Position numbers and translations under genes: made by a program
NCBI RefSeq assembly: GCF_000142905.1
Contig: NW_013657653.1
Location: 290,392 to 354,391, forward strand
DNA: 64,000 bases
Reading direction: 5' to 3'
DNA from: Thecamonas trahens ATCC 50062
Lineage: Eukaryota > Protista > Apusomonadida
Notes under the pieces: model-generated
Told to the model about the DNA's origin: nothing
The model's input: only the letters and a program-made list of their open reading frames with translations
Database searches by the model: none
Shown here: piece by piece, positions 1 through 9,620 of the stretch
Layout of the letters: each line of letters begins with the position of its first letter
Numbering within the stretch: position 1 is the first letter of the stretch

Positions 1-1
1 T

Positions 2-3000
2 GGTTGCCAACTCGTTGATGACACCCACTAGCGAGGCGTCGATGCCGAACGGTGTTCGGTGGTAGAGCTCGAGCGCCACAATCTGGAGCGCCCAGGTCTG
101 GCACGCAAGCTGATAGCACCGCGAGACCGCGGTCTCCGCTGGCAGGCCTTCGCCCTCGCCCTCGTCCACTGGCTTGAAGAGGTCGTCCGGCAGCGGGTTG
201 GGCTTGCCTAGCAACGGTGCACAGACCGACCGCCAAAAGTCCGGTAGCTCGCGGAGGACCTGGATGATGCCGCGCGAGTGCGACGAACCCCAGAGCGAGT
301 ACAGCAGCGCGAGTGCCCGCTCAAACAGCCGCGGCTGTTGGGTAAACGCCTTGGGCGCGTGCTTGAGGAGTTTGGTAATCATCGAGAGGCCCGAGGTGAC
401 TCCCACCTTGGACCTGGGCGGCTGCTTGGTCTTGGCCTTGGCCTTCTCGTCCGCCGCAATCCCCTTGGCGGTGCCACTCTCGCCAACTTCGTCGTTGAGG
501 AGCAGCTGCGCAAGGCCAGGCTGGGTCTCGAGCGCGGTCGACATGAGGTTGAGAATGGCGATGCGGACGGCCTCGTCCTCAGCACTCGACTTGAGGCGGT
601 TGACAAAGGTGTCGCGGAAGATGGGTGCGTCGGCGCCAAAGTAGCCCAGGATCGACGGCGACGGCCGCGAGGCGAGCGAGATGGTGCAGATTTGCGAGAG
701 TGTGTCAACGGCAAGAACGGTTACACGCGGCGCGTACGGGTAGTTGATGTACGACGCGATGGCGGCAATGAGCGAGAGTTCGTCGCCACCGACAGTCCGT
801 GAGAGGAGCGATGTGCGGAGCGCGGCGTTGGCCTCCTGCACAGACGGGTCAAAGAGGAGAAAGTGGAGGACCTCAAAGGCGGAGATGATCATGGCCTCGA
901 CAGCCTGCGCTTCGCGAGTTCGCCGTGCAGCAAACAGCGCCTCCACAGCGTGCGGCCCCATGCCGATGACGGTGAGGAGGGCATGATGGAGCGAGCCGTC
1001 GTGCATAAAGGCGTCGACAAGCGAGTCCTTGAGCGAGAACGGCGCCGCGTCGGCCGCACCGGGCTCGGCCACTGCCATGGCCACCACCGAGTCGTCGCTC
1101 GAGGTGTCGTACAGGATCTCGGCAAAAATAGCAAGAATCTTGGTTCCGATCTCCCATCGCTGGAGAACCGACCGGTAGCGCCAGCCGTCGTAGTACGCAA
1201 ATACCTCGGTGCGGAGGTAGTCGACCGCCGGCGCGAGAGCGGCAAACGAAAGTGTTGTTCGCGGCGCATGCCTGCTGTGAAACTCGCCATCGACCGGGCT
1301 CGAGAGATGGCAGTTGACAAGGAGCGTCGAGATGAGGTCGAGAAAGGCCAGCGTCATCGAGTACTCGCCGTTGGGCACCTCAGTGTTGTGTAGAATGCGC
1401 TGCAGCGCCGACCGCATGCCGCCGCCGGCAGCACCCGTGGCAAAAGCCTCCTCCTGCGGCGCGTACGACGGGAGAAAGTCAGAGTACTGCAGCCGCTCCC
1501 AGACTTCGGTCGGATGGGCGAGGGCAAAGTACGAGACGCACGAAAGCGCGGCGGTGAGCATGTCCAGCGGCGGATCCGAGTACGCGCCACAGAGCGAGAG
1601 AATCGGGAATAGGAGCGGGAGAAAGTGCTTGATGGGCGCCGGCGAGCCGAGGAGCTTGCCCAGCGCCGGGTTGGCGCGACCGAAGGCCTCCGGCTCGGCG
1701 TATGCTGCAGGGAACATGTTGTCGAGGCTCGGTTGCTGCTCCAACAGCCGTGCCATCAGCTGCAGAATACAGGTGACGCTTTCGACGAGGTCGAGCGCCG
1801 GTGCGCCGTCACACACGCTCTTGGCAAACTTGGCGAGCGTGGCGTAGAGGACGTGCCAAGCCGAGTAGCGGATGTGGAACTGGATGGTGAGCGGCATGTC
1901 GGGCTCCGAGAGCCGAACACCGACTGTTCCGGCCGGCAGCGTGATGTTGAGCGCATTGCCGAGGTCAATGTCGTGGAGGGTGTAGTACTCGACTTCTTCG
2001 TACGGGTAGGCCGGCTCATCACTCGAGTAGCTGTATCTTTCGACCGAGTTGTCGTCAACGACCGCGGTGAGCGTGTCGAGTTCGCCGAGGATGACAGTGA
2101 CGATGCGGGCACAGTCCGGGTCGGACGCCAGGGCGCGAAGCAGCGAGCAGAGCGGGTAGAATTGGACAGGGAAACGAGCCACGCAGGTGTCGTACAGCGA
2201 GCGGAGGGTGCTCGAGTGAAAGTCGACGTGCCAGAACTGGCGGACGAGGTCGGGCTCCGAGTCGAAGATCTGGACGGCAAACTCGACAACACTCGGCGCG
2301 GCAGCAACCAGGGATGACGCGCCAAACGAGGTGATGAGCGAGAAAAGAAGGCCCTTGAGAACCGACTTGAAACCGACCGAGTTGGGCTTGAAGCCTTCGA
2401 GTTCTGACGACTCGAGCTGCATGAGCGCAATGAGGACGTCGAAGGCGCTATGGCCAATTGCGTACCCCATGGCGACAGAATGGGGATCAGGCGACCTGTC
2501 GCTATTGCCGCCAGCAAAGCTCATGTCTCCCTTGTTGTTTTCCTCGGCGCTCTTGCGCGCAAAATAGTGCTCGCGCTCGAGAACCGCAGCCCAGCCGAGG
2601 AGGATCGGGGCGAGGAACAGCGAGCTCGAGATCTCCATCCAGCCGACAAGCGTCTTGTGAAAGGCAAGAACTTGCTCGTGGTCGGCGATGTAAGGGTGGC
2701 TCCGCCCAAACTCGGCCTGTACATCGTCATCCGGGCCGAGGGCAAGGTCCTCGTAGGCGACGGGCAGGAAGCCCTCGAGCGACATGACCTCGAGCAGAAT
2801 GAGGACGTGGAGGTAGGAGACACGGTCGATGAGAATGCCTGCCCCGTGCGGGAGGAGCGCCGCATTAACCTGGTTCTGGCCAAAGTTCTGGCTGTAAAAC
2901 AGGTTGCTGAGCAAGTCGAGGTCAGCAAACCGCGGCGTGATGGCCGAGTAGTACGCGAGGAAGACGGTTTCGAGGAGTGCGAGCTGCTCGCGGATGTTGG

Positions 3001-4102
3001 CGAGGGCGGCAGCGGTGGTGACGTGCCGAGCGGTGCCGACATCGGACTGAGGCTCGAGCTCGGTGGCGGCGAGCGCCTTGTATCCGTCGACGAGGGCGGC
3101 GGCAAAGGTGGCAGAGACATGTTTGTCGACAAAGGCCTTGCAAACGCTGTGGTAAGCGTTGGTCTCATCCGACGCGTTGCGGAGCATGGCTCCCATGCAG
3201 TGGAAGATGCAAAGCCGCTCGTCAAAGTAGTGGTCAGCAACAGCAAGCGCAAAGGTGTCGTCACTGTAGTCGAACGATTGCATGCGAACACCCTGAGTGT
3301 AAAAGAAGGCGTGGAGGAGGCCGAGAACTTGAAGCTCGTCGACGCCGACAAGGCCTGCAACGCGGACCACAAAGTCTGCCTGATGCTTGTCGACCTTGAG
3401 CGGCTTGCCGCGCCAGCTCACGCTCCCGCTCCGGACCTTCTTGGCCGACGCCGCCGACTGCGGCTTGAAGAACGCAAACGGCTTGAGAATCGCCCCGCTG
3501 TGGACGTCGAGGTACGTTGAGAGCTTCTTGACCGGAACACGTCGCGCATCGGCAGCCTCGAGCGTCTCGAACAGAGTGCGGAACGTCGGATTGAAGTCAA
3601 TTCCTCCAGGAGACGCTCCGGCGCCCGCCTTTCCGATGGTCTTGGCACCAGACGTAGAACTGGTTGTCTTGGAGCTGGACTTGGTACCAATGGCAAAGCC
3701 GACCGACTTTTTCGCTGGAGCATTCGCCTCGGACTTGCCCTTGTCGTCGCCGCCGCCATTGGTGGTCTTGGGCGCCGTGGTGGTCTTGCCAAGGCTGAAG
3801 CCTCCGGCCTTGGGCTTGGCCTTGTCGCCATCGGCGGCCTTGGGCGCGGTGGTGGTCTTGCCAAGGCTGAAGCCTCCGGCCTTGGGCTTGGGCTTGGCCT
3901 CGTCACCCGCGTCAGCAGAGCTTGGCGCGGCGGCATCCTTGGGCTTTCCGGCAAAGGTAAAGCCACCACCGGCAGCCTTGGCCTTGGCAGAAGCATCAGG
4001 CTTGGACTTTGCGGCAAAGGTAAAGCCGCCGGTCGCCTTGGGCTTTGCAGCCGGAGCAGCGTCGCCTCCTCCGGCACCCTTGCTTGCCCCAAACTTGAAC
4101 AT
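2..4102 (-). CDS. NUP188: Nucleoporin Nup188-like scaffold protein with an N-terminal FxFG-like repeat extension (3' end runs off the window)
   Basis: Absent from the ORF track, consistent with having no stop inside the window. ATG at 4102 (MFKFGASKGAGG...); the same frame reads as coding at both ends of the span. VADHYFDERLCIFHCMGAML resembles Nup188 IADYYYEERTCILRCVLHLL as recalled, and WALQIVALELY occurs near the window start. Confidence 0.75.
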   Translation of the reverse strand, partial: MFKFGASKGAGGGDAAPAAKPKATGGFTFAAKSKPDASAKAKAAGGGFTFAGKPKDAAAPSSADAGDEAKPKPKAGGFSLGKTTTAPKAADGDKAKPKAGGFSLGKTTTAPKTTNGGGDDKGKSEANAPAKKSVGFAIGTKSSSKTTSSTSGAKTIGKAGAGASPGGIDFNPTFRTLFETLEAADARRVPVKKLSTYLDVHSGAILKPFAFFKPQSAASAKKVRSGSVSWRGKPLKVDKHQADFVVRVAGLVGVDELQVLGLLHAFFYTQGVRMQSFDYSDDTFALAVADHYFDERLCIFHCMGAMLRNASDETNAYHSVCKAFVDKHVSATFAAALVDGYKALAATELEPQSDVGTARHVTTAAALANIREQLALLETVFLAYYSAITPRFADLDLLSNLFYSQNFGQNQVNAALLPHGAGILIDRVSYLHVLILLEVMSLEGFLPVAYEDLALGPDDDVQAEFGRSHPYIADHEQVLAFHKTLVGWMEISSSLFLAPILLGWAAVLEREHYFARKSAEENNKGDMSFAGGNSDRSPDPHSVAMGYAIGHSAFDVLIALMQLESSELEGFKPNSVGFKSVLKGLLFSLITSFGASSLVAAAPSVVEFAVQIFDSEPDLVRQFWHVDFHSSTLRSLYDTCVARFPVQFYPLCSLLRALASDPDCARIVTVILGELDTLTAVVDDNSVERYSYSSDEPAYPYEEVEYYTLHDIDLGNALNITLPAGTVGVRLSEPDMPLTIQFHIRYSAWHVLYATLAKFAKSVCDGAPALDLVESVTCILQLMARLLEQQPSLDNMFPAAYAEPEAFGRANPALGKLLGSPAPIKHFLPLLFPILSLCGAYSDPPLDMLTAALSCVSYFALAHPTEVWERLQYSDFLPSYAPQEEAFATGAAGGGMRSALQRILHNTEVPNGEYSMTLAFLDLISTLLVNCHLSSPVDGEFHSRHAPRTTLSFAALAPAVDYLRTEVFAYYDGWRYRSVLQRWEIGTKILAIFAEILYDTSSDDSVVAMAVAEPGAADAAPFSLKDSLVDAFMHDGSLHHALLTVIGMGPHAVEALFAARRTREAQAVEAMIISAFEVLHFLLFDPSVQEANAALRTSLLSRTVGGDELSLIAAIASYINYPYAPRVTVLAVDTLSQICTISLASRPSPSILGYFGADAPIFRDTFVNRLKSSAEDEAVRIAILNLMSTALETQPGLAQLLLNDEVGESGTAKGIAADEKAKAKTKQPPRSKVGVTSGLSMITKLLKHAPKAFTQQPRLFERALALLYSLWGSSHSRGIIQVLRELPDFWRSVCAPLLGKPNPLPDDLFKPVDEGEGEGLPAETAVSRCYQLACQTWALQIVALELYHRTPFGIDASLVGVINELAT

Positions 4103-4473
4103 GGTTGGCCGAGGAGAGGAGGAGGAGCAGGACTCGGACTACGCTGGCTGACTTCCCGAGGGCAGAGGGAGAAGCAGAAGGAGAGGTAGAGGGTCTGTGT
4201 CTACTCGACCTTGGGTCAGCGTTAGGTGGTGAGTCATACAGCCTCACCCCATCTTGTGGTCGTCGCCTCGTTCCCCCCCCCCCCCGCCCCCCTGCTGCCA
4301 CCCACTCGTGTCGTCTGATGGCGCCCGCTCGTCCGACGAGTCGCGCCCAACTTGACCACCGCCGGCGCCCACCCTGCCCCTGCTTCAACCCGCCACCAAC
4401 ACCACAGCCACCACCACAGCCACCACCACAGCCACCACGACTACCACCCAACTCTGGAAACGAGACGTTTGCC

Positions 4474-5541
4474 ATGGGAATGACAGATGCTCGGCTGCGA
4501 ATGGCTCGGCTGAGTCTTTTGGTGCTCGCGGTGGTGGTGTGCGTGGCTCAGCTTGGCTCGGCAGCCATGGTGACCAAAGTGCTCCCGAGGGCGGTGGCCC
4601 ATCGCGGCTACTCCTCGGCGGCGCCAGAGAACACGCTGGCTGCACTGAAGATGTCCATTGAGGCAGGCGTGGACGGGGTGGAGATTGATTTGCAAGTGAC
4701 CAAGGACGGGGTCATTGTTCTACTCCATGACGAGGATCTCGACCGGACAACCAACTGCACCGGCTCCATCTCGACGTACAACTTCCTCCCGGCATCAGGC
4801 CCGCCGCAGCTCTCCGAGTGCGACGCAGGCTCGTGGTTTGGACCGCAGTTTGCCGGCGCCAAGATTCCATCGCTGGCCGAGGGTCTGGCGGTGACGGTTC
4901 CAGCTGGTGTGTTCATGGTCCTCGACATGAAGCAGACCGGACCAGGCATCGGTGCTCTCCTCGCCGACGTCATTCCGGATCCCGAGGTCCAGGGCCTCAC
5001 GGTGGCCTCGTGCTGGACGTTTGACCAGATGGCCGAGGTCCGCAACGCACTCAACGCGACCCGGATCCAGTATCTCACCGGCTCGCTTGAGGCGTTTGAG
5101 GCTGATCCGGACGCATTCTTTGCGGACATGGCGCTTCGCGGCGTCGACGGCTTCTCGGTCTCGCGCAAGGTGATTACGCCCGAGTTTGTGGCTGCTGCTA
5201 AGAGTCACTTTATGGCTGTTGCTGTGTGGACCGTCAACGCGGCTGCCGACATGCGGATCATGTTCAGCTACTCGGTTGATGCCATCCTCACAGACTATGT
5301 CACCCGGCTCACGACGACGCTGGCCGAGGCCAATGCCGCTGAGGAGCGTGCCTCGCGTTCGGGCTACACCAAGAACTCAACAGTGGCACTGGCATCCATA
5401 TTTTCGTTTGCCGCGGGAGCACTGGTCTGTATCCTTGTCTTTATCGCCATCCGCTTGATGCGGCGGCGGCAGCGGCGCGCCGCGCGCTCGCCGCGCGGGG
5501 TTACCTCGCCGACCGGCGGCTCATACGGCATGATCCCATGA
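4474..5541 (+). CDS. Glycerophosphodiester phosphodiesterase (GDPD), signal peptide plus C-terminal TM anchor
   Basis: AHRGYS..APENTLAA, GVEIDLQVTKDGVIVLLHD, VWTVN and DAILTD motifs; hydrophobic N-terminus and a C-terminal TM followed by a basic stop-transfer (RRRQRR). Confidence 0.9.
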   Translation: MGMTDARLRMARLSLLVLAVVVCVAQLGSAAMVTKVLPRAVAHRGYSSAAPENTLAALKMSIEAGVDGVEIDLQVTKDGVIVLLHDEDLDRTTNCTGSISTYNFLPASGPPQLSECDAGSWFGPQFAGAKIPSLAEGLAVTVPAGVFMVLDMKQTGPGIGALLADVIPDPEVQGLTVASCWTFDQMAEVRNALNATRIQYLTGSLEAFEADPDAFFADMALRGVDGFSVSRKVITPEFVAAAKSHFMAVAVWTVNAAADMRIMFSYSVDAILTDYVTRLTTTLAEANAAEERASRSGYTKNSTVALASIFSFAAGALVCILVFIAIRLMRRRQRRAARSPRGVTSPTGGSYGMIP

Positions 5542-5553
5542 TGCCGTGGCCAA

Positions 5554-7538
5554 CTACGAGGATGACCCCGAGCTGAGGTCCGGGTCGTACGGAGGATCGC
5601 TGCCTTGTTCGTCGTCAGACGCGGCAAAAGCCTGGAAAATGTCAAACAACCCGCCTCCTCCATCATCATTCTCGCCGTCGCTCCCTTCGTCGTCGCTCCC
5701 GGCCATGACGAGCGAGACCGAGCCGTCGCCGTTCGCCTGGAGCGAGAGGTTGGGGTGGCGGGAGACGATGGAGAGCAGCTGTTGGATGGAGATGCCACCC
5801 CCGCCCCCGCCGCCGCGTCTCTGGTTTCGGCCCCGGCGCATGCGGCGGCGACCGATCCGGGTGCGGACACGGGTGCGGGTGCGGGTGTCGGCCGGGCCCT
5901 CGCCGCCGCTGTCGTCGTCGCTCGACGGGTACTCGTAAGCGTACTCGTACTCAGGATCCGACGCGCCCTCGAAAAACGAGAACTCATCGCGACGGACGCG
6001 GATCTGGGCCCGCTCCTCGGCGGTGAGCGGGCGACGGGTTGGGAGTCGGCGATCGAGGCAGAACCGATGGAGGAGGTCCTGGAGCTCAAGAGGAAGGTAG
6101 TCGATCTCGTTGTCGGCAAAATGCGAGGCGTTGTACGCAATGTGGCGGAGGCAAAGCTCGACGAGGGTGAGGCGGACGCGGGTGACAAGGACGGTGTGGA
6201 ACCGGCCGCAGGCAATCTGCTGGATCTGGGCCACGCCGTTGCGGTAGAGCGGAATAAAGTTGGTGAGCGGCGACGGGGTGTCCGAGTGGAACTGGCCACC
6301 GAACCGCGGGCCGCCCCAGGTGTAGACCTTGTTGTCGGTCGAGATGGCGGCCTCGTTGCCGCGCGAGTTGGAGACTGCCATGACGTCGACGCCTTGGAGT
6401 GCCTCGACCTTGGTCGGGGCGTGCCGCGGCGTCCCGCCCAAAAGTCAGCATCGGAGCTGCCGAGCCCGAGTCGGTTGTCGTGGCCATCGCCCCACGCCCA
6501 CAGCTGGCCGTCGACGTCGACCGCCATGGTGTGGATCCAGCCGGCAGAAATGGCACGGACCCGGCCTGCAAGCGCTTCCACAAGCCGTGGCTCTGAGTCA
6601 AGCTCCGGGTCGACGTACTTGGCGCCATGCCCGAGATACCCGCCGTTCGAGTGCGGCGACTGCGAGCCCCAGGTGTACATGTTGTGGTCAGCATCGAGCG
6701 CGGCCAGATACGTCGAGCCAGCTGCAAGCTGCACCACGCACTTGCCGACCAGCGTTTCGACCCTCGTTGCCATGATCGAAGGCGGCCCAGCGCCGGCTGG
6801 CCCGCCGTACGGGTCGACGAGGACGCGGACGTCAAAGGTAAAGACCGCGCCGTCGCTCGTCAGCACCGCCCCGACCTCGTCGCCCAGCACGATGACACTG
6901 ACTGAAGTCACTCCTTCGATGCGGGTGGTTGTGACCTGAACCTCGCCATCGGACGCCCACACCCAGGCTGTGCCGTCGGCCACCACGCCGCAGAGAGTGC
7001 CCATGCCACCCGGAGTGGAGGTGGCAATCTCGGTGATGCGTAGGTCAGCCAGATCGCCTTGGAGCACCTCGGGCTGTGCCGGATAACCTTCCAGATCATG
7101 CCCGTACCACGACTCGTGCGCGCCGTCCGACACCTCTTGCCCCCACAAGTAGACCTGCCCGGCTCGCGTCAGCGCCAGCGAGAAGAACGACGCCACCGCG
7201 ACCTTGACCACGCACGCCAACTCAAACTGCTGCAGGATCCGAGGCATGGTCTCCCGGTACTTTGTTCCATGGCCAGAGAGCGACGGCCTTCCAAAGGTGT
7301 ATACACTGGACTGGGCGTGAGTAGGGTGCAGAGATGCGGAGAGGAGGGGGGAGGAGAGGTCGCATGACATGTGCCGCAATCGGTGGGGGCGATTGGTGTG
7401 GGCAAGGAGCAGGGGAGGAGACGAGAAGGGAGCGTACTACGTCATATAGGCCACGTCACCATAGCGTTCTTCGAGTTCATTACCAAAGTACTGCTCGTAG
7501 AACGAGGTGGTGGCCGAGGTGGCCGACGAAGCCGCCAT
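5554..7538 (-). CDS. RCC1/BLIP-II repeat protein with acidic low-complexity C-terminus; exons 7538-7438 and 7305-5554, single-base frameshift at ~6440
   Basis: Repeats VYTFG, VYLWG, MYTWG..GYLGHG, ISAGWIHT..GQLWAWGDG..RLGLG, IACGRFHT. Intron 7437-7306 (GTACGC donor, ACTCAC branch, CAG acceptor) gives MTYVYTFG. ORFs 5364..7379 and 5554..6441 join if one T is added in the TTTT run. Confidence 0.8.
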
Positions 7539-7657
7539 GGCTGTGAGGAAGTGCGGTGGGGGTGGCGTGAGCGTGAGGCAGGGAAGGCGGCGAATCGGCA
7601 GAAGTCTACTTGGTCAGTCGCCGTCGCCGCCGCTGGGTCGCGGCGGAAGGCTCGTCC

Positions 7658-9187
7658 TCAGCTGGAGTGGAGAAGCGCTGAACGGGCAATGGAAGCATCG
7701 AGATCGTCGTAGGTGAGCGTGGGAGAGACGACGTTGCGGAGGAGGGCCGCAAGACCGGCAGCGTGGACGAGGCCGTGGAGATCCGCGCCCGAGGCGGAGT
7801 CTGTTGCGGTCACAATGGCATCGAACCGGGGCGATGTCAAGTCAAGGCCTGCAGCGCACGGCATGGCTGCGAGGATGCCGCTGAGGATGGCTGCGCGGTC
7901 GGCGGGGCCCGGCGTATCAACCAGAATGCTAATGTCGAAGCGGCCCGGTGTGAGGAGCGCAGGATCGATGCCGGCCAGCACGTTAGTTGCGCCGACAACC
8001 AAAACGCCATGTGGGGCAGAGGCCGTCATCTCGGTAAGCAGGAGCGTGACGAGGTTGTTGTCCGACGCACTCGCTTTGGACGCACCGCGGACGCCAAACA
8101 CTGCCTGCAGCTCGTCAAAGAAGACCAGGCACGGCGCTGCGGAGCGTGCAACGGCAAACAAGCTCGCCAGCGCCTTTTCCGACGCACCCACAAAGCCAAC
8201 CAGAATGCGAGACATTGGAACTGCGAGAAACGAAGCGCCGAGCGCAGAAGCGCAAGCCTTGGCAAGCATGGTCTTGCCGGTGCCCGGCGGGCCGTGGAGC
8301 AGAACGCCGCGCGCAAAGCCGCCCGGCCCATCGCCAATGTCACGGGCAGAGGCTGCAGCCTTGACCTCGGCTACGACATCACCAAGCAAGGCTTTGGCGC
8401 GGTCGAGACCACCGATGTCGTCAAATGAGACGTTTGGGACAGAGACCGGTGCGTCATACTGCGACAGCGGGGTGACGCGCTCCAGCGCGGTGCAGACGGC
8501 GCCGAGGTGGGCGTCACGCGAGCAACTTGCCATGGCGCAGTCAAGCGCCGCATTGCGGACGCCCTGGCGCAAGTCGTCAAAGACATATCCCTGCGAGACC
8601 GCGCTCAGTGCGCATCTCGTCGAAGGCGTGTCCGGACACTCGAGCCCGGCGGCGGCGGCATCGGCGAGTGCCCGGGTCATCCGCATCGGGCCGGGCATGG
8701 CGGCGAGCGGAATGACCACGTTCACAGACGAGACAACGCGACGCGAAACAAGAGCAGTGCTCTCGGCAATGAGCACGAGCAGAACATCCGATGAGGGCGC
8801 AGCCCGGATCAGCGCCACGAGGCCGAGCTCGGTGAGAAGCTCATCACGATCGGGTGCGCTTGCGGCCCTCCGCTTCCCGGGCGCCAGCAGCTCGACGTCG
8901 TGGACTACAAGCACAACCGGGAGACCTTCAAGTGCCTTCACACCAGCAGCATGGACTGCATGCGCCAGCCCGCGCCGCACATCGCCCGGAAAGCCAGCGA
9001 AGACCTCGGACGGGTGGCAGTGAGCGACGAGACCGCCGGCCGTCTCAGTCTGGTCGACAACCCATGCAGCAGCACCAAGGCCGACCTGTGCAGTGACCAG
9101 GATTGAATGGACCTCAGGATGTGGGTCGCCACCCGCATGCCGTTTCAGTGCCCCTGCCAGTGCCCGCCAGCCGACTTCCGAGGTCAT
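7658..9187 (-). CDS. CDC48/AFG2/PEX6-class AAA+ ATPase with degenerate D1 and intact-looking D2
   Basis: VSFDDIGGL, GVLLHGPPGTGKT (Walker A), LVFFDE (Walker B), GATN..IDPALLTPGRFD (SRH). Likely start MTSEVG at 9187; an upstream exon cannot be excluded. Confidence 0.8.
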   Translation of the reverse strand: MTSEVGWRALAGALKRHAGGDPHPEVHSILVTAQVGLGAAAWVVDQTETAGGLVAHCHPSEVFAGFPGDVRRGLAHAVHAAGVKALEGLPVVLVVHDVELLAPGKRRAASAPDRDELLTELGLVALIRAAPSSDVLLVLIAESTALVSRRVVSSVNVVIPLAAMPGPMRMTRALADAAAAGLECPDTPSTRCALSAVSQGYVFDDLRQGVRNAALDCAMASCSRDAHLGAVCTALERVTPLSQYDAPVSVPNVSFDDIGGLDRAKALLGDVVAEVKAAASARDIGDGPGGFARGVLLHGPPGTGKTMLAKACASALGASFLAVPMSRILVGFVGASEKALASLFAVARSAAPCLVFFDELQAVFGVRGASKASASDNNLVTLLLTEMTASAPHGVLVVGATNVLAGIDPALLTPGRFDISILVDTPGPADRAAILSGILAAMPCAAGLDLTSPRFDAIVTATDSASGADLHGLVHAAGLAALLRNVVSPTLTYDDLDASIARSALLHSS

Positions 9188-9620
9188 GACAAGGAAGGTG
9201 GTGGAGGCGGGGAGGAGGGGAGGGGAGGGTGAAGTGGTGATCGTGCTCTGGATCGTGATCGTGATTGTGTTTGGGCGGTGGCAGGCGAGAGTGGCAGTGG
9301 CAGGAGGAGGGGGAGCCCCCCCCGGGGGGGGGGGGGGGGGAGGAGGGGACACCTGCCACTTGGCAGACACTCTTGACTTGCTCGGGCTAGACCTCGAGGA
9401 GGGTAGTACAAGTTCCACACCCGCACGGCTCGGGCGAGTGCTGGACTGTTGAGCAAGTGGTCCCCCCCCCCCCCCGCACACACCCTGGGCGCTGGAGACA
9501 GTGAGACCGAGCGGGCAAAGCGGCCGTTTTTTCGCGCGCAGCGAGAGGCAGAGGCAAGCAGACGCAGACAAAGGGGAAGAGAGCAGGACGGAGAAGAGAA
9601 CAACGACACGAGGTGAAGAG

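Noticed and set aside
174-4151. Plus-strand ORFs such as 2450..3520 and 3387..4151
   Set aside because: Antisense shadows of the minus-strand Nup188-like CDS in GC-rich DNA.
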